DNA of 64,000 nucleotides from a bacterium (lineage in GTDB: Bacteria > Patescibacteriota > Minisyncoccia > Phycocordibacterales > UBA9973), in NCBI GenBank assembly GCA_021824345.1, contig JAKAKW010000012.1:1491-65490 (forward strand), in the 5' to 3' direction. Shown one piece after another: positions 55,779-64,000 of this stretch. A program made the translations under genes and the position numbers. How positions within the stretch are numbered: position 1 is the stretch's first letter; every line of letters begins with the position of its first letter. A model generated the notes under the pieces. It saw only the letters and a program-made list of their open reading frames with translations, ran no database searches and was not told the DNA's origin.

Positions 55779-57083
55779 ATGCCGAACTTTCAGCCCAAAA
55801 GCAGTCGGAAGGGTAATAACAGCAGGAAAGAGGCAGGCGCCTCTCCTGTCCATACCTCGACTGCCGGCGGAAGAAGCGAGAAAAGTTTGTTTCTGCACGC
55901 CGACGGAGACTCTTTCTTTGTGGCCTGCGAGCTCACAAAAAAACCGGAATTGAAAGGCAAACCGGTGATTGTGGGCGAGGATCGGGGGATCGCGGTGGCT
56001 ATGAGTCCGGAAGCGAAAAAGCTCGGCGTTACCCGGGGCATGCCTACCTTCCGCATCAAGCGGCTTTTCCCGGAGGTGGTGATACTTCCTCACCATTTTG
56101 ATTTGTACAATGAGATCTCCGAAAAGATGCGGCAGATACTTTCTTCGTACGCATGGGAGGTGGAAGGATACAGCATAGACGAGTGCTTCGCGCGGGTGAA
56201 GCCGTCGGAGATAAAATATTTCGGAGGGGAGAAAAAGTTTTTGTCCGAATTGAAAAATGAAATAGAGAAAACGCTAGGGGTTACATATTCCTTGGGTTTG
56301 GCTCGCACCAAGGCGCTCGCCAAACAGGCGTCCAAATTGGAAAAGCCGGGCGGAGCAGTGGTTCTTTTGACAAAAAAAGAGGAGACGGACGCGCTCAAAA
56401 GAACTCCCATTGAGGAAGTGTGGGGGATAGGACGGAGGACTGTTCCGAAGCTCGCTTCCTTGGGCATTGCCACCGCGTATGATCTGGTAAATTTTTCCGA
56501 ATCGGAAATATCCAGGCGGTTTTCCCGGCCCATGCTTGAACTGAAGAAAGAGCTTTCCGGGGAAAATATTTTTGAAGTGGAAAGCGACGTGGATCCGCGA
56601 GGGCAGAAATCGATCCAGGCCACGGCCACTTTCCGGCCGGCTTCGGCCGATCCGAAAGTCATCTGGCGGGAACTCTGCAAGAATGCCGAAGACGCCTGCG
56701 AGCATGCGCGAGAAATCCGGCTGGTCAGCAACAAGATTTCTTTCTTCGTAAAATCCAGCGAATTCAAATACCGCGAGGGCGGTGTGAAGCTCCCGCTTTT
56801 TTCTTCCGATCCCGGAATTGTTTTGAACGCCATTGAGCCGGAATTTCCGAAATTGCTCAAGAAAAAGGAGCGGATACGCTCCACCGGAGTGATTTTGGAA
56901 AATCTGACCCGGGAGGAAAAAGTCCCCCTGGATCTTTTCGGCCGGCAGAAAGAGGCGCTTAAGCGTTCCTCGGTGGAAGAAACGGCGGACAAAATCCGCC
57001 AGAAGTTCGGCAAGGATTCCATCAAGCGGGCGTCCTCGCTCGGGAAAAAGAGCGCCATAGCTATTCGAAAACATTTATTGTAA
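55779..57083 (+). CDS. dinB: Y-family DNA polymerase IV
   Basis: HADGDSFFVACE, YSIDECF, TKALAK, VWGIG. Confidence 0.9.
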   Translation: MPNFQPKSSRKGNNSRKEAGASPVHTSTAGGRSEKSLFLHADGDSFFVACELTKKPELKGKPVIVGEDRGIAVAMSPEAKKLGVTRGMPTFRIKRLFPEVVILPHHFDLYNEISEKMRQILSSYAWEVEGYSIDECFARVKPSEIKYFGGEKKFLSELKNEIEKTLGVTYSLGLARTKALAKQASKLEKPGGAVVLLTKKEETDALKRTPIEEVWGIGRRTVPKLASLGIATAYDLVNFSESEISRRFSRPMLELKKELSGENIFEVESDVDPRGQKSIQATATFRPASADPKVIWRELCKNAEDACEHAREIRLVSNKISFFVKSSEFKYREGGVKLPLFSSDPGIVLNAIEPEFPKLLKKKERIRSTGVILENLTREEKVPLDLFGRQKEALKRSSVEETADKIRQKFGKDSIKRASSLGKKSAIAIRKHLL

Positions 57084-57094
57084 TATTTTAGAAT

Positions 57095-58243
57095 ATGATC
57101 ACTAAAGAGCTGGAAGATTTTATTAAGAAAGAAAAAAGTTTAGGTAAAGGCAGTGAACAAATACAAAATGAATTGCTTTCGCAGGGATGGACTGCCAGTG
57201 ACTTGAAAGAAGCTTTTGAGCATTTGAATTTAAATAACCAAGGTCAAATCCAGGTTTCACCTGTCGTTAAGTCAAAAAAGCCTCTTCATCCTGTTTTTAT
57301 GATTATATTGTTGTTAGTAATTACCGGCGGGGTTTCCGCTCATTATTTTCAGGATGAACTGGCCAAGTTGCCAATTCTTGATAAATTTTTTCAAGTGCAA
57401 AGAACAAGTCCGCAAGCGACAATAGAGGCAAATCTCCCGGAAACCCAGACGCAGCCGGAAGAACAGACAAATAACAGCGTCGCTTCTTCTGTTCTAGAGA
57501 AAAAGAACGATACCCTGCCTCTGCCCAAGCTGGACGATTATGCCGTAAAAATTATTTCTCCTTCTCCGGACACAAAGGTATCCTTTGGACAAAGCATAAC
57601 GGTAAAAATTGCGGCCGGAAGCAAAGTAAATTATCTTGAGTCAGTGTCCTTAGGACTTGATATGCCGGCAAGCCTTTCTGATTTGCAAAAATTCAGCGAA
57701 TACAAGAAGTCTTCTGATGGAGTATTTACTGTCGATTATAAAATATCGGATCCTCAGGAAGAAATGTTCGGAGGAACTCAATACCTTTATGTAAAAACTT
57801 CTCCCTTCAAGCTTGGTTCTTCCGTCAGACCAAGCGATGTTTCCGCAGATATTCAAAACTGGAAACTTGGATCGGACTCTGTTCCTTTGATTCTAGACTA
57901 CCCAGCTAAGCCTGTTTCCTTGGACGTAAATCCCGACCCGCTTAAGGTAAAAGTAGGTGGAAAAAATATAAACGGTATGTATATGCCTACTGCTCCCGTA
58001 GTGGATGTGAACTATGAGGACAAAAAACAAATGATTATTTTTGGCCTTTCTCTTCTTACGTATAAAGTGGAAAATCCGGACATCATAAGTGTTGTGGAGA
58101 CCAGTGACATTAAGCTATATTCCGACCAAAACAGGGTTCCTTTGACATCAGTGTTGGATATAAAGGCATTAAAGGTGGGTACAACTAAAATATCCTTTTT
58201 CTATAAAGGACTAACGAAGACAATCAATGTTATAACGGAATAA
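57095..58243 (+). CDS. Membrane-anchored protein with Ig-like C-terminal region
   Basis: N-terminal IQNELLSQGW helix, one TM, beta-rich tail (ALKVGTTKISF). Confidence 0.65.
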   Translation: MITKELEDFIKKEKSLGKGSEQIQNELLSQGWTASDLKEAFEHLNLNNQGQIQVSPVVKSKKPLHPVFMIILLLVITGGVSAHYFQDELAKLPILDKFFQVQRTSPQATIEANLPETQTQPEEQTNNSVASSVLEKKNDTLPLPKLDDYAVKIISPSPDTKVSFGQSITVKIAAGSKVNYLESVSLGLDMPASLSDLQKFSEYKKSSDGVFTVDYKISDPQEEMFGGTQYLYVKTSPFKLGSSVRPSDVSADIQNWKLGSDSVPLILDYPAKPVSLDVNPDPLKVKVGGKNINGMYMPTAPVVDVNYEDKKQMIIFGLSLLTYKVENPDIISVVETSDIKLYSDQNRVPLTSVLDIKALKVGTTKISFFYKGLTKTINVITE

Positions 58244-58297
58244 GAAACCTGTTCTTCTCATTTTCCTCGGTATTTTAAAAGTGATACAATATCCAGC

Positions 58298-59581
58298 GTG
58301 AAGATCAAAAACTATCAAGAGCTAGCGATGAGCGAGGAGAGGAAAAAAGCGCTCAAGATCGCGGAGGCGGGGTATCAAGCCATAGACAGCGAAAATGTGA
58401 TAAACGGAGCCGTTTCCGTTTCTGACGACGCGCTCAAAGTACAGGGAAAAGAATTTCCGCTGGGCAAGGGAAAAATTTTAGTGATAGGGATAGGAAAGTG
58501 CTCTCTCTCCGCGGCCGGAGCCCTGGAAAAAATTCTGGGCGATCGCATCTCGGGCGGGGCGGTTCTGGATGTGAAAGAAGGAAAACTTGAGCGCTTGGAA
58601 ACATACAAGGGCACCCATCCGCTTCCGAGTCCCCAGAACAAAAAAGCGACCGAAAGAATCGTGAGCCTTTTGTCCGGCCTTTCCGAAGACGATCTTGTTA
58701 TTTTCATAATTTCCGGAGGCGGTTCTACTCTTCTGTATCTTCCGGAAGAGGGCAGAGAAAGCGAAGAGCTTCCGGTAATCCATGCTCTAATGGACGCGGG
58801 CGCTTCCATTCAGGAAATGAATACCGTGCGAAAGCATATGTCCAAGGCAAGGGGAGGATATTTGGCCAAATACATTTACCCCGCCAGGGGCATTGCCATG
58901 ATTTTTTCGGATGTGCCTGCAAACGATATCGGGTTCATATCTTCCGGCCCTACTGTGAAAGACGTCACCACAATAGAAGAAGCGGAGAAGGTGCTTTCCA
59001 AATACGGCATTCTGGAAAAATGCGGATTGAAAAACTGCGGGCTGATCCAGACTCCTAAAGAAGACAAATATTTTGAAAAAATGACGAATCTTCTGGTAGT
59101 TTCAAACCAGACCGCTCTTGATGCGATGAAAAATGAAGCGGAGAAGCTCGGACTTAAGGTGAAAATGTGCAGCAGTTGCCTGGCGGGAGAGGCGCGAGAA
59201 GTGGGAAAGGGGCTGGTGGACGAATTGAATAAAGATGCGGAGCCCGGCACGGTGATGCTCTACGGCGGAGAAACCACAGTGACAGTGAAGCATGACAATC
59301 CCGGCGGGCGGAATCAGGAGCTGGCGCTTTCGGCTCTGCGATACATCGGCGAGGGGCAGATAGTTATGCCTCTTGCTTCAGACGGCATAGACAATACCGA
59401 TCATGCCGGCGCCATATGTGATACAATATCAGCCAAGAAGGCCAAGGATCTTAATTTGGATCTTGAAGATTACCTCTCCAGGAACGACTCGTATGATTTT
59501 TGGCAAAAAGTCGGGGATTTTATCCTGACCGGCGACACCGGTTCGAACGTGTCTGATTTAATAGTAACCATAAAGTTTTAA
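58298..59581 (+). CDS. Glycerate 2-kinase (type 2, MOFRL)
   Basis: GTHPLP, ISGGGS, NTVRKH, GGETTV, GGRNQE, DGIDN, TGSNVSD. Confidence 0.92.
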   Translation: MKIKNYQELAMSEERKKALKIAEAGYQAIDSENVINGAVSVSDDALKVQGKEFPLGKGKILVIGIGKCSLSAAGALEKILGDRISGGAVLDVKEGKLERLETYKGTHPLPSPQNKKATERIVSLLSGLSEDDLVIFIISGGGSTLLYLPEEGRESEELPVIHALMDAGASIQEMNTVRKHMSKARGGYLAKYIYPARGIAMIFSDVPANDIGFISSGPTVKDVTTIEEAEKVLSKYGILEKCGLKNCGLIQTPKEDKYFEKMTNLLVVSNQTALDAMKNEAEKLGLKVKMCSSCLAGEAREVGKGLVDELNKDAEPGTVMLYGGETTVTVKHDNPGGRNQELALSALRYIGEGQIVMPLASDGIDNTDHAGAICDTISAKKAKDLNLDLEDYLSRNDSYDFWQKVGDFILTGDTGSNVSDLIVTIKF

Positions 59582-62064
59582 TGAATAAGAAAAAAAGCCT
59601 GACCCTTCTGTTTAAAGAAGTCGGAATTGAGGACGTCGGTTTGGTGGGCGGAAAGAACGCGTCGCTCGGGGAAATGATCCGCAATTTGAAATCCAAAGGG
59701 GTGCCGGTTCCGGACGGATTCGTGGTTACGGCCGAAGCCTACAGATATTTTTTGAAAAAGACCGGATTGAAAAAGGTGATCAGAGACATTTTGACCGGAC
59801 TTGATACCAAGAACCTGCCGGATTTGGCCAAACGCTGCCGGCAAGTGCGGGAGGCAATCAAAGCTACGGAATTTCCGGAAGACCTGAAAAAAGAAATCAT
59901 AGAGAACTATCGGAAGATGGAAAAAACTTACGGCAAGAATGCGGACGTGGCGGTACGTTCTTCAGCCACAGCCGAAGATCTTCCGGGCGCGTCATTTGCG
60001 GGCGAGCATGATACATATCTCAATATTCGCGGAGCGGAAGCGGTGGTGCGGGCGGCCCGGAGCGCCATGGCCTCGCTTTTCACTGAGCGCGCCACGTCCT
60101 ATCGGGTAGACAAGGGTTTTGACCACTTCAAGGTGGCGCTTTCGGTCGGCGTGCAGAAAATGGTGCGATCCGACCTGGCCTGCTCGGGAGTGATGTTCTC
60201 CGTAGATACCGAGTCTGGTTTCAAAGACGTGGTTTTGATAAACGGTTCTTGGGGCTTGGGAGAAATGATCGTTCAGGGCGAGGTTACTCCGGACGAATTT
60301 CTGGTGTGGAAGCCCGGGCTGGCGGGAGCGGTGGGAGGCCTTGCCTCCCACCGCAGTGGGAGGCAAGGCCTCCCACGCGTTCCGATCATTGACAAAAAGC
60401 TCGGCACCAAGAATCGCAAGATGATATATTCCTCCTCCGGCAGGACTTCCACCAAGGAGACAAAAGTAGTGAACACCTCTCTCGTTGAAAAAAACAGCTG
60501 GGTGCTTAGCGAACCAGAGATTCTCCAATTGGCGAAGTGGGGAGCGGAAATTGAAGCGCATTACACCAAAAAACACAAAGGGAAATGGACCCCGATGGAT
60601 ATGGAATGGGCCAAGGACGGCCGAACGGGGAAGCTTTTCATCGTGCAAGCCCGGCCGGAGACCGTGCAGGCGGGCCGTGATTTTTCCAAAATTACCGAGT
60701 ATGAATTGAAAGGAAAGGGAAGAGTAGTGACCAAAGGCACTTCCGTGGGCAGTAAGATTGCCAGCGGAAAGGCCCGGGTGATACTGAATCCGAAGAACAT
60801 TAAAGATTTTAAGAAAGGAGAAGTGCTGGTGACCGGCATGACTGATCCGGATTGGGAGCCAATCATGAAAATAGCCGCGGCCATTGTTACGGACAAGGGC
60901 GGAAGAACTTCCCATGCCGCCATCGTTTCCCGGGAGCTCGGCATTCCGTGCGTTGTCGGCACCGAGAATGCCACAAAGAAAATTAAAACCGGACAGATCG
61001 TTACGGTAGACACGGCCGGCACGGAGGGGGTGGTATACGCGGGGGCCGTTCCGTTTAAAACCGTCAGCCACGATATCAAGAACTTGAAAAATCCGAAGAC
61101 GAAAATCATGATGAATATTGCCACGCCGGATACCGCTTTTGAAAAATCTTTCCTGCCCAACAACGGAGTCGGCCTTGCCCGGGAAGAGTTCATCATCGCT
61201 TCAAACATCGGCATCCATCCCAACGCGCTTTTGAACTACGGAAAGATTTCTTCCGCCAAGAATGATCCGGCAAAAAGAAAACTGGCGAGGGAGATAGAAA
61301 AAAGAACTGCCGGATACGGCAGCAAGACGAAGTTTTACGTGGACAAGCTCGCCTACGGCATTGCCAAAATCGGCGCCGCTTTTTATCCGAACCCGGTTAT
61401 CGTGCGCTTTTCCGATTTCAAGACCAATGAATATCGCACGCTCTTGGGCGGAGAAATGTACGAACCGGAAGAGGAAAATCCGATGATCGGCTGGCGGGGA
61501 GCTTCGCGGTATTACGATCCGGACTTCGCGTCCGCGTTTGCCCTGGAAGTGAAAGCGATCAAAAAAGTGCGCGAGGAAATCGGACTCGCAAATGTGCAAG
61601 TCATGGTTCCTTTTTGCCGTACGGCGGAAGAAGGGAAGAAAGTAGTCGGCCTTATCGAAAAGAACGGCTTGAAACGAAAATCGGGATTGAAAATTTATGT
61701 GATGTGCGAGATTCCGGCAAACGTGATTCTTGCCGACAAATTTCTGGACGTGTTTGACGGAATGAGCATAGGAAGCAACGACCTCACCCAGCTCACGGTG
61801 GGAATTGACCGCGACGGAAATGAAAAAGTGAAAAAAATCACGAACGAAAACGACCAGTCGGTGAAAACGCTGGTCAGCCAGGTTATCAAGACATGCAAGC
61901 GCCGGCGCAAATATATAGGCATCTGCGGGCAGGCGCCTTCGGACTATCCTGAATTCGCCGAGTTCCTGGTGCGAGAGGGGATTGAAAGCATGTCTCTAAA
62001 TCCGGATACGGTAATCAAGACTATAGTAAATACTCTTGCCGTAGAAAAGAAAGTGCGCAGGTAA
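59581..62064 (+). CDS. ppsA: Phosphoenolpyruvate synthase
   Basis: VGGKNASLGEM, AVRSSATAED, GGRTSHAAIVSRE, SDFKTNEY, SIGSNDLTQ, ICGQAPSD. Confidence 0.96.
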   Translation: MNKKKSLTLLFKEVGIEDVGLVGGKNASLGEMIRNLKSKGVPVPDGFVVTAEAYRYFLKKTGLKKVIRDILTGLDTKNLPDLAKRCRQVREAIKATEFPEDLKKEIIENYRKMEKTYGKNADVAVRSSATAEDLPGASFAGEHDTYLNIRGAEAVVRAARSAMASLFTERATSYRVDKGFDHFKVALSVGVQKMVRSDLACSGVMFSVDTESGFKDVVLINGSWGLGEMIVQGEVTPDEFLVWKPGLAGAVGGLASHRSGRQGLPRVPIIDKKLGTKNRKMIYSSSGRTSTKETKVVNTSLVEKNSWVLSEPEILQLAKWGAEIEAHYTKKHKGKWTPMDMEWAKDGRTGKLFIVQARPETVQAGRDFSKITEYELKGKGRVVTKGTSVGSKIASGKARVILNPKNIKDFKKGEVLVTGMTDPDWEPIMKIAAAIVTDKGGRTSHAAIVSRELGIPCVVGTENATKKIKTGQIVTVDTAGTEGVVYAGAVPFKTVSHDIKNLKNPKTKIMMNIATPDTAFEKSFLPNNGVGLAREEFIIASNIGIHPNALLNYGKISSAKNDPAKRKLAREIEKRTAGYGSKTKFYVDKLAYGIAKIGAAFYPNPVIVRFSDFKTNEYRTLLGGEMYEPEEENPMIGWRGASRYYDPDFASAFALEVKAIKKVREEIGLANVQVMVPFCRTAEEGKKVVGLIEKNGLKRKSGLKIYVMCEIPANVILADKFLDVFDGMSIGSNDLTQLTVGIDRDGNEKVKKITNENDQSVKTLVSQVIKTCKRRRKYIGICGQAPSDYPEFAEFLVREGIESMSLNPDTVIKTIVNTLAVEKKVRR

Positions 62065-62130
62065 AATCAGCCGAAGCGCGAATACTGTTTTTCGGCTTTT
62101 CTTTGCGCGATTTAGTGGTAAAATATTGGC

Positions 62131-63252
62131 ATGACAAAAATAACCAAAAGAAACTTGGTGATCCTGGTGGTGCTGGTAATTGCGGCAGTGGTAGTTACTG
62201 TTTTTACCGGAAACAAAAAACCGCTTCTGCCGCCGGAGGCGATGAACGCCGGCGCCAAGGCCGCGTCGCAGGTTTCCATAATCAAGCAAGACATTAAAGA
62301 AAGTAATTTTTCCGGTTCCGTGTCCGTGATTTCCGGCTCGTCTGCCGCGGCGGCTGAAGCTGAAAAATTTATGGAAAAGGAAGTGGCGGATTTTCGCGAC
62401 AGGGCGAACAAGGAAGTTCCGGCCATGCGGGCCGAGTTCGGAGCGGACGCTCCTCCCGCCAAATATTCCATAAATCTTGACGCCAAGTACGTGACAAGTC
62501 CGGCCACAGAATCTGTAATAGTCAGCGAATACGTATACACCGGCGGCGCCAACGGCATGAGCACCTACAAAGTTTTTACCGGCTCTCTTTCCACCGGAAA
62601 GATCCTGTCTCTGGGTGAAATGGTCAAGCCTTCCGAGCAAAGCGCTTTTTCCATGCTCGTAAAGCAAAAACTCCTTGCCTGGGTTCCCGAGGGTCTGGAT
62701 CAGCAGTTGGTTTTTCCGGAAGAAGTGAACAAACTGTCATTTGCGGATTTTTCGGATTGGTCCATGGACAACGAGGGCCTTACCATATACTTTGACAAAT
62801 ACGCCATTGGCCCGGGAGTAATGGGAGCTTTGGCTTTTACTCTGCCGTATTTTGAACTGCAAAACTACCTTTCCGTTCCGGTTTCTATTTCTTCGGATTC
62901 CATATTCGGGTGCTATGTGAATCGCATCGGTAAAGATGTGTATTCGCTTCGCTTGGACAGCGAGGAAAACGGGCAGCTTGCCGGATCGCTTTCCTACCAA
63001 AATTACCAGAAAGACAGCTCTTCGGGCACTTTTGCCGGAGAGTACGACAACGGCATTCTCCTGGGCGATTACGTGTTTAGCTCCGAAGGCATGCAGTCGA
63101 TTCGACAGGTGGTATTTAAAAAAGAAGGCAGTTCTTTCGTGGAAGGATTCGGCCCGACTGAAACAAAGGACGGAAAAGAGATGCTCAAAGATCCGAAAAG
63201 CGCAACTTTTGATTCAAAATCCGCGTTTGTCAAAGAAGCCTGCGGAAACTAG
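62131..63252 (+). CDS. RsiV/DUF3298-like membrane-anchored protein with extra C-terminal domain
   Basis: YVYTGGANG, LTIYFDKYAIGPGVMG. Confidence 0.75.
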   Translation: MTKITKRNLVILVVLVIAAVVVTVFTGNKKPLLPPEAMNAGAKAASQVSIIKQDIKESNFSGSVSVISGSSAAAAEAEKFMEKEVADFRDRANKEVPAMRAEFGADAPPAKYSINLDAKYVTSPATESVIVSEYVYTGGANGMSTYKVFTGSLSTGKILSLGEMVKPSEQSAFSMLVKQKLLAWVPEGLDQQLVFPEEVNKLSFADFSDWSMDNEGLTIYFDKYAIGPGVMGALAFTLPYFELQNYLSVPVSISSDSIFGCYVNRIGKDVYSLRLDSEENGQLAGSLSYQNYQKDSSSGTFAGEYDNGILLGDYVFSSEGMQSIRQVVFKKEGSSFVEGFGPTETKDGKEMLKDPKSATFDSKSAFVKEACGN

Positions 63253-63287
63253 GAAAGGAAAAGCAGTTTTGGTATACTTCTTCCATA

Positions 63288-64000
63288 ATGCCTGAAGAAG
63301 AGAATCCGGTTCCGGAAAATGAACGCCCGTTTTTGGGCGCCCGTTTTTGGTTTTGGATGTTTTTTTTGTTTTTGGCTTTCGCTTTTGCTTTCTGGTTTCC
63401 CAAGTATCTGAATGTGGAGGAACAGCGGTATATATCGGGAGGGATGCCAAAAAGCATGGCGGAAAAATCTTCCGCCGAAGCGTTTCCGGCTTTTCCTCCG
63501 CTTGATAAAACGGCTTATGATCTCAAAATGGAAGAGCTGGCGAACAATCTGCCGATCGAAGTAAAATATAAAGTCATTAAAAGAGAAGAAACGGGTCCCA
63601 ACGGACAGCCTGTTTTAAAGGACGGCAAGCCGGTATTTGCCGAAGAGAAAGCGGCTCAGGAACCGATTCCGGCCGTTACCCGCCTTTGGCCTCCGATTGC
63701 CGCATATCCTGAAGGCGGAGCTATTCTTCCTTTCAATAGAATAGTGGCCTTTTACGGAAATTTGTATTCAAGGGACATGGGAGTGCTCGGAGAATACCCG
63801 GAAGATCAGATGCTTTCAATGCTGGAGGAAAAAGTAAAGGAGTGGCAGACGGCCGATCCGAATACTCCGGTGATACCCGCCTTGCATTACATCGCCGTGA
63901 CGGCGCAAGGAGCGCCCGGGGCGGACGGCAAGTATATTGCCCGCATGCCGGAGAGCCAGATAAAAAAAGTGCTGGCCATGGCGGATAAAATCCACGGGTT
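63288..64000 (+). CDS. Membrane-anchored hypothetical protein, runs off window
   Basis: MPEEENP...TM...ILPFNRIVAFYGNLYSRDMGVLGEY...ADPNTPVIPALHYIAVTAQ; open to the window end. Confidence 0.75.
   Translation, partial: MPEEENPVPENERPFLGARFWFWMFFLFLAFAFAFWFPKYLNVEEQRYISGGMPKSMAEKSSAEAFPAFPPLDKTAYDLKMEELANNLPIEVKYKVIKREETGPNGQPVLKDGKPVFAEEKAAQEPIPAVTRLWPPIAAYPEGGAILPFNRIVAFYGNLYSRDMGVLGEYPEDQMLSMLEEKVKEWQTADPNTPVIPALHYIAVTAQGAPGADGKYIARMPESQIKKVLAMADKIHG

Larger units (their letters stand above)
8807..60376. repeat. REP-like palindrome family B, GTGGGAGGCAAGGCCTCCCAC (8807, 12284, 60331 inverted, 60356)
   Basis: Two intergenic copies and an inverted pair inside ppsA. Confidence 0.88.

Noticed and set aside
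56090-61599. Long antisense ORFs over dinB and ppsA (e.g. 56090-57058, 59992-61071)
   Set aside because: They lie opposite well-supported genes and have no recognisable motifs; codon bias explains them.
1-64000. Alternative genetic code (TGA recoding)
   Set aside because: Genes such as ftsE, ftsX and nrdD end at TGA at expected lengths and RF2 is present.

Overview
This 64-kb window looks like chromosome from a small-genome Patescibacteria/CPR (Parcubacteria-like) bacterium using genetic code 11. The taxonomy is an inference from gene style, short palindromic repeats and promoters abutting start codons. Housekeeping content includes prfB, ftsEX, pyrG, eno, gpmA, pyrD, iscS/iscU, nrdDG, dinB, glycerate kinase and ppsA. 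The window also holds an ApbE/FMN-bind/RnfD-FNR flavinylation module, ABC exporters and three tRNAs. Most notable: (1) an unannotated 38-aa Trp-terminal peptide, a membrane histidine kinase, a double-DDxxD isoprenyl-transferase-like enzyme, a Com-type zinc finger and a response regulator, resembling a ComQXPA-like prenyl-peptide signalling/RiPP system; (2) tRNA-Thr(GGT) split at 36/37 by a 230-nt group I intron; (3) a ~10.7-kb island apparently integrated inside a histidine-phosphatase gene that it repairs with its own 3' end, carrying tandem HEPN proteins, a MurL-like gene, a DGQHR chimera and a 1455-aa protein with a nucleotidyltransferase domain; (4) short palindromic elements, some in frame within genes or nested in each other; (5) many leaderless-type promoters; (6) a >1316-aa repetitive surface protein missed by the ORF track. 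All calls come from manual motif reading; no database searches were run.
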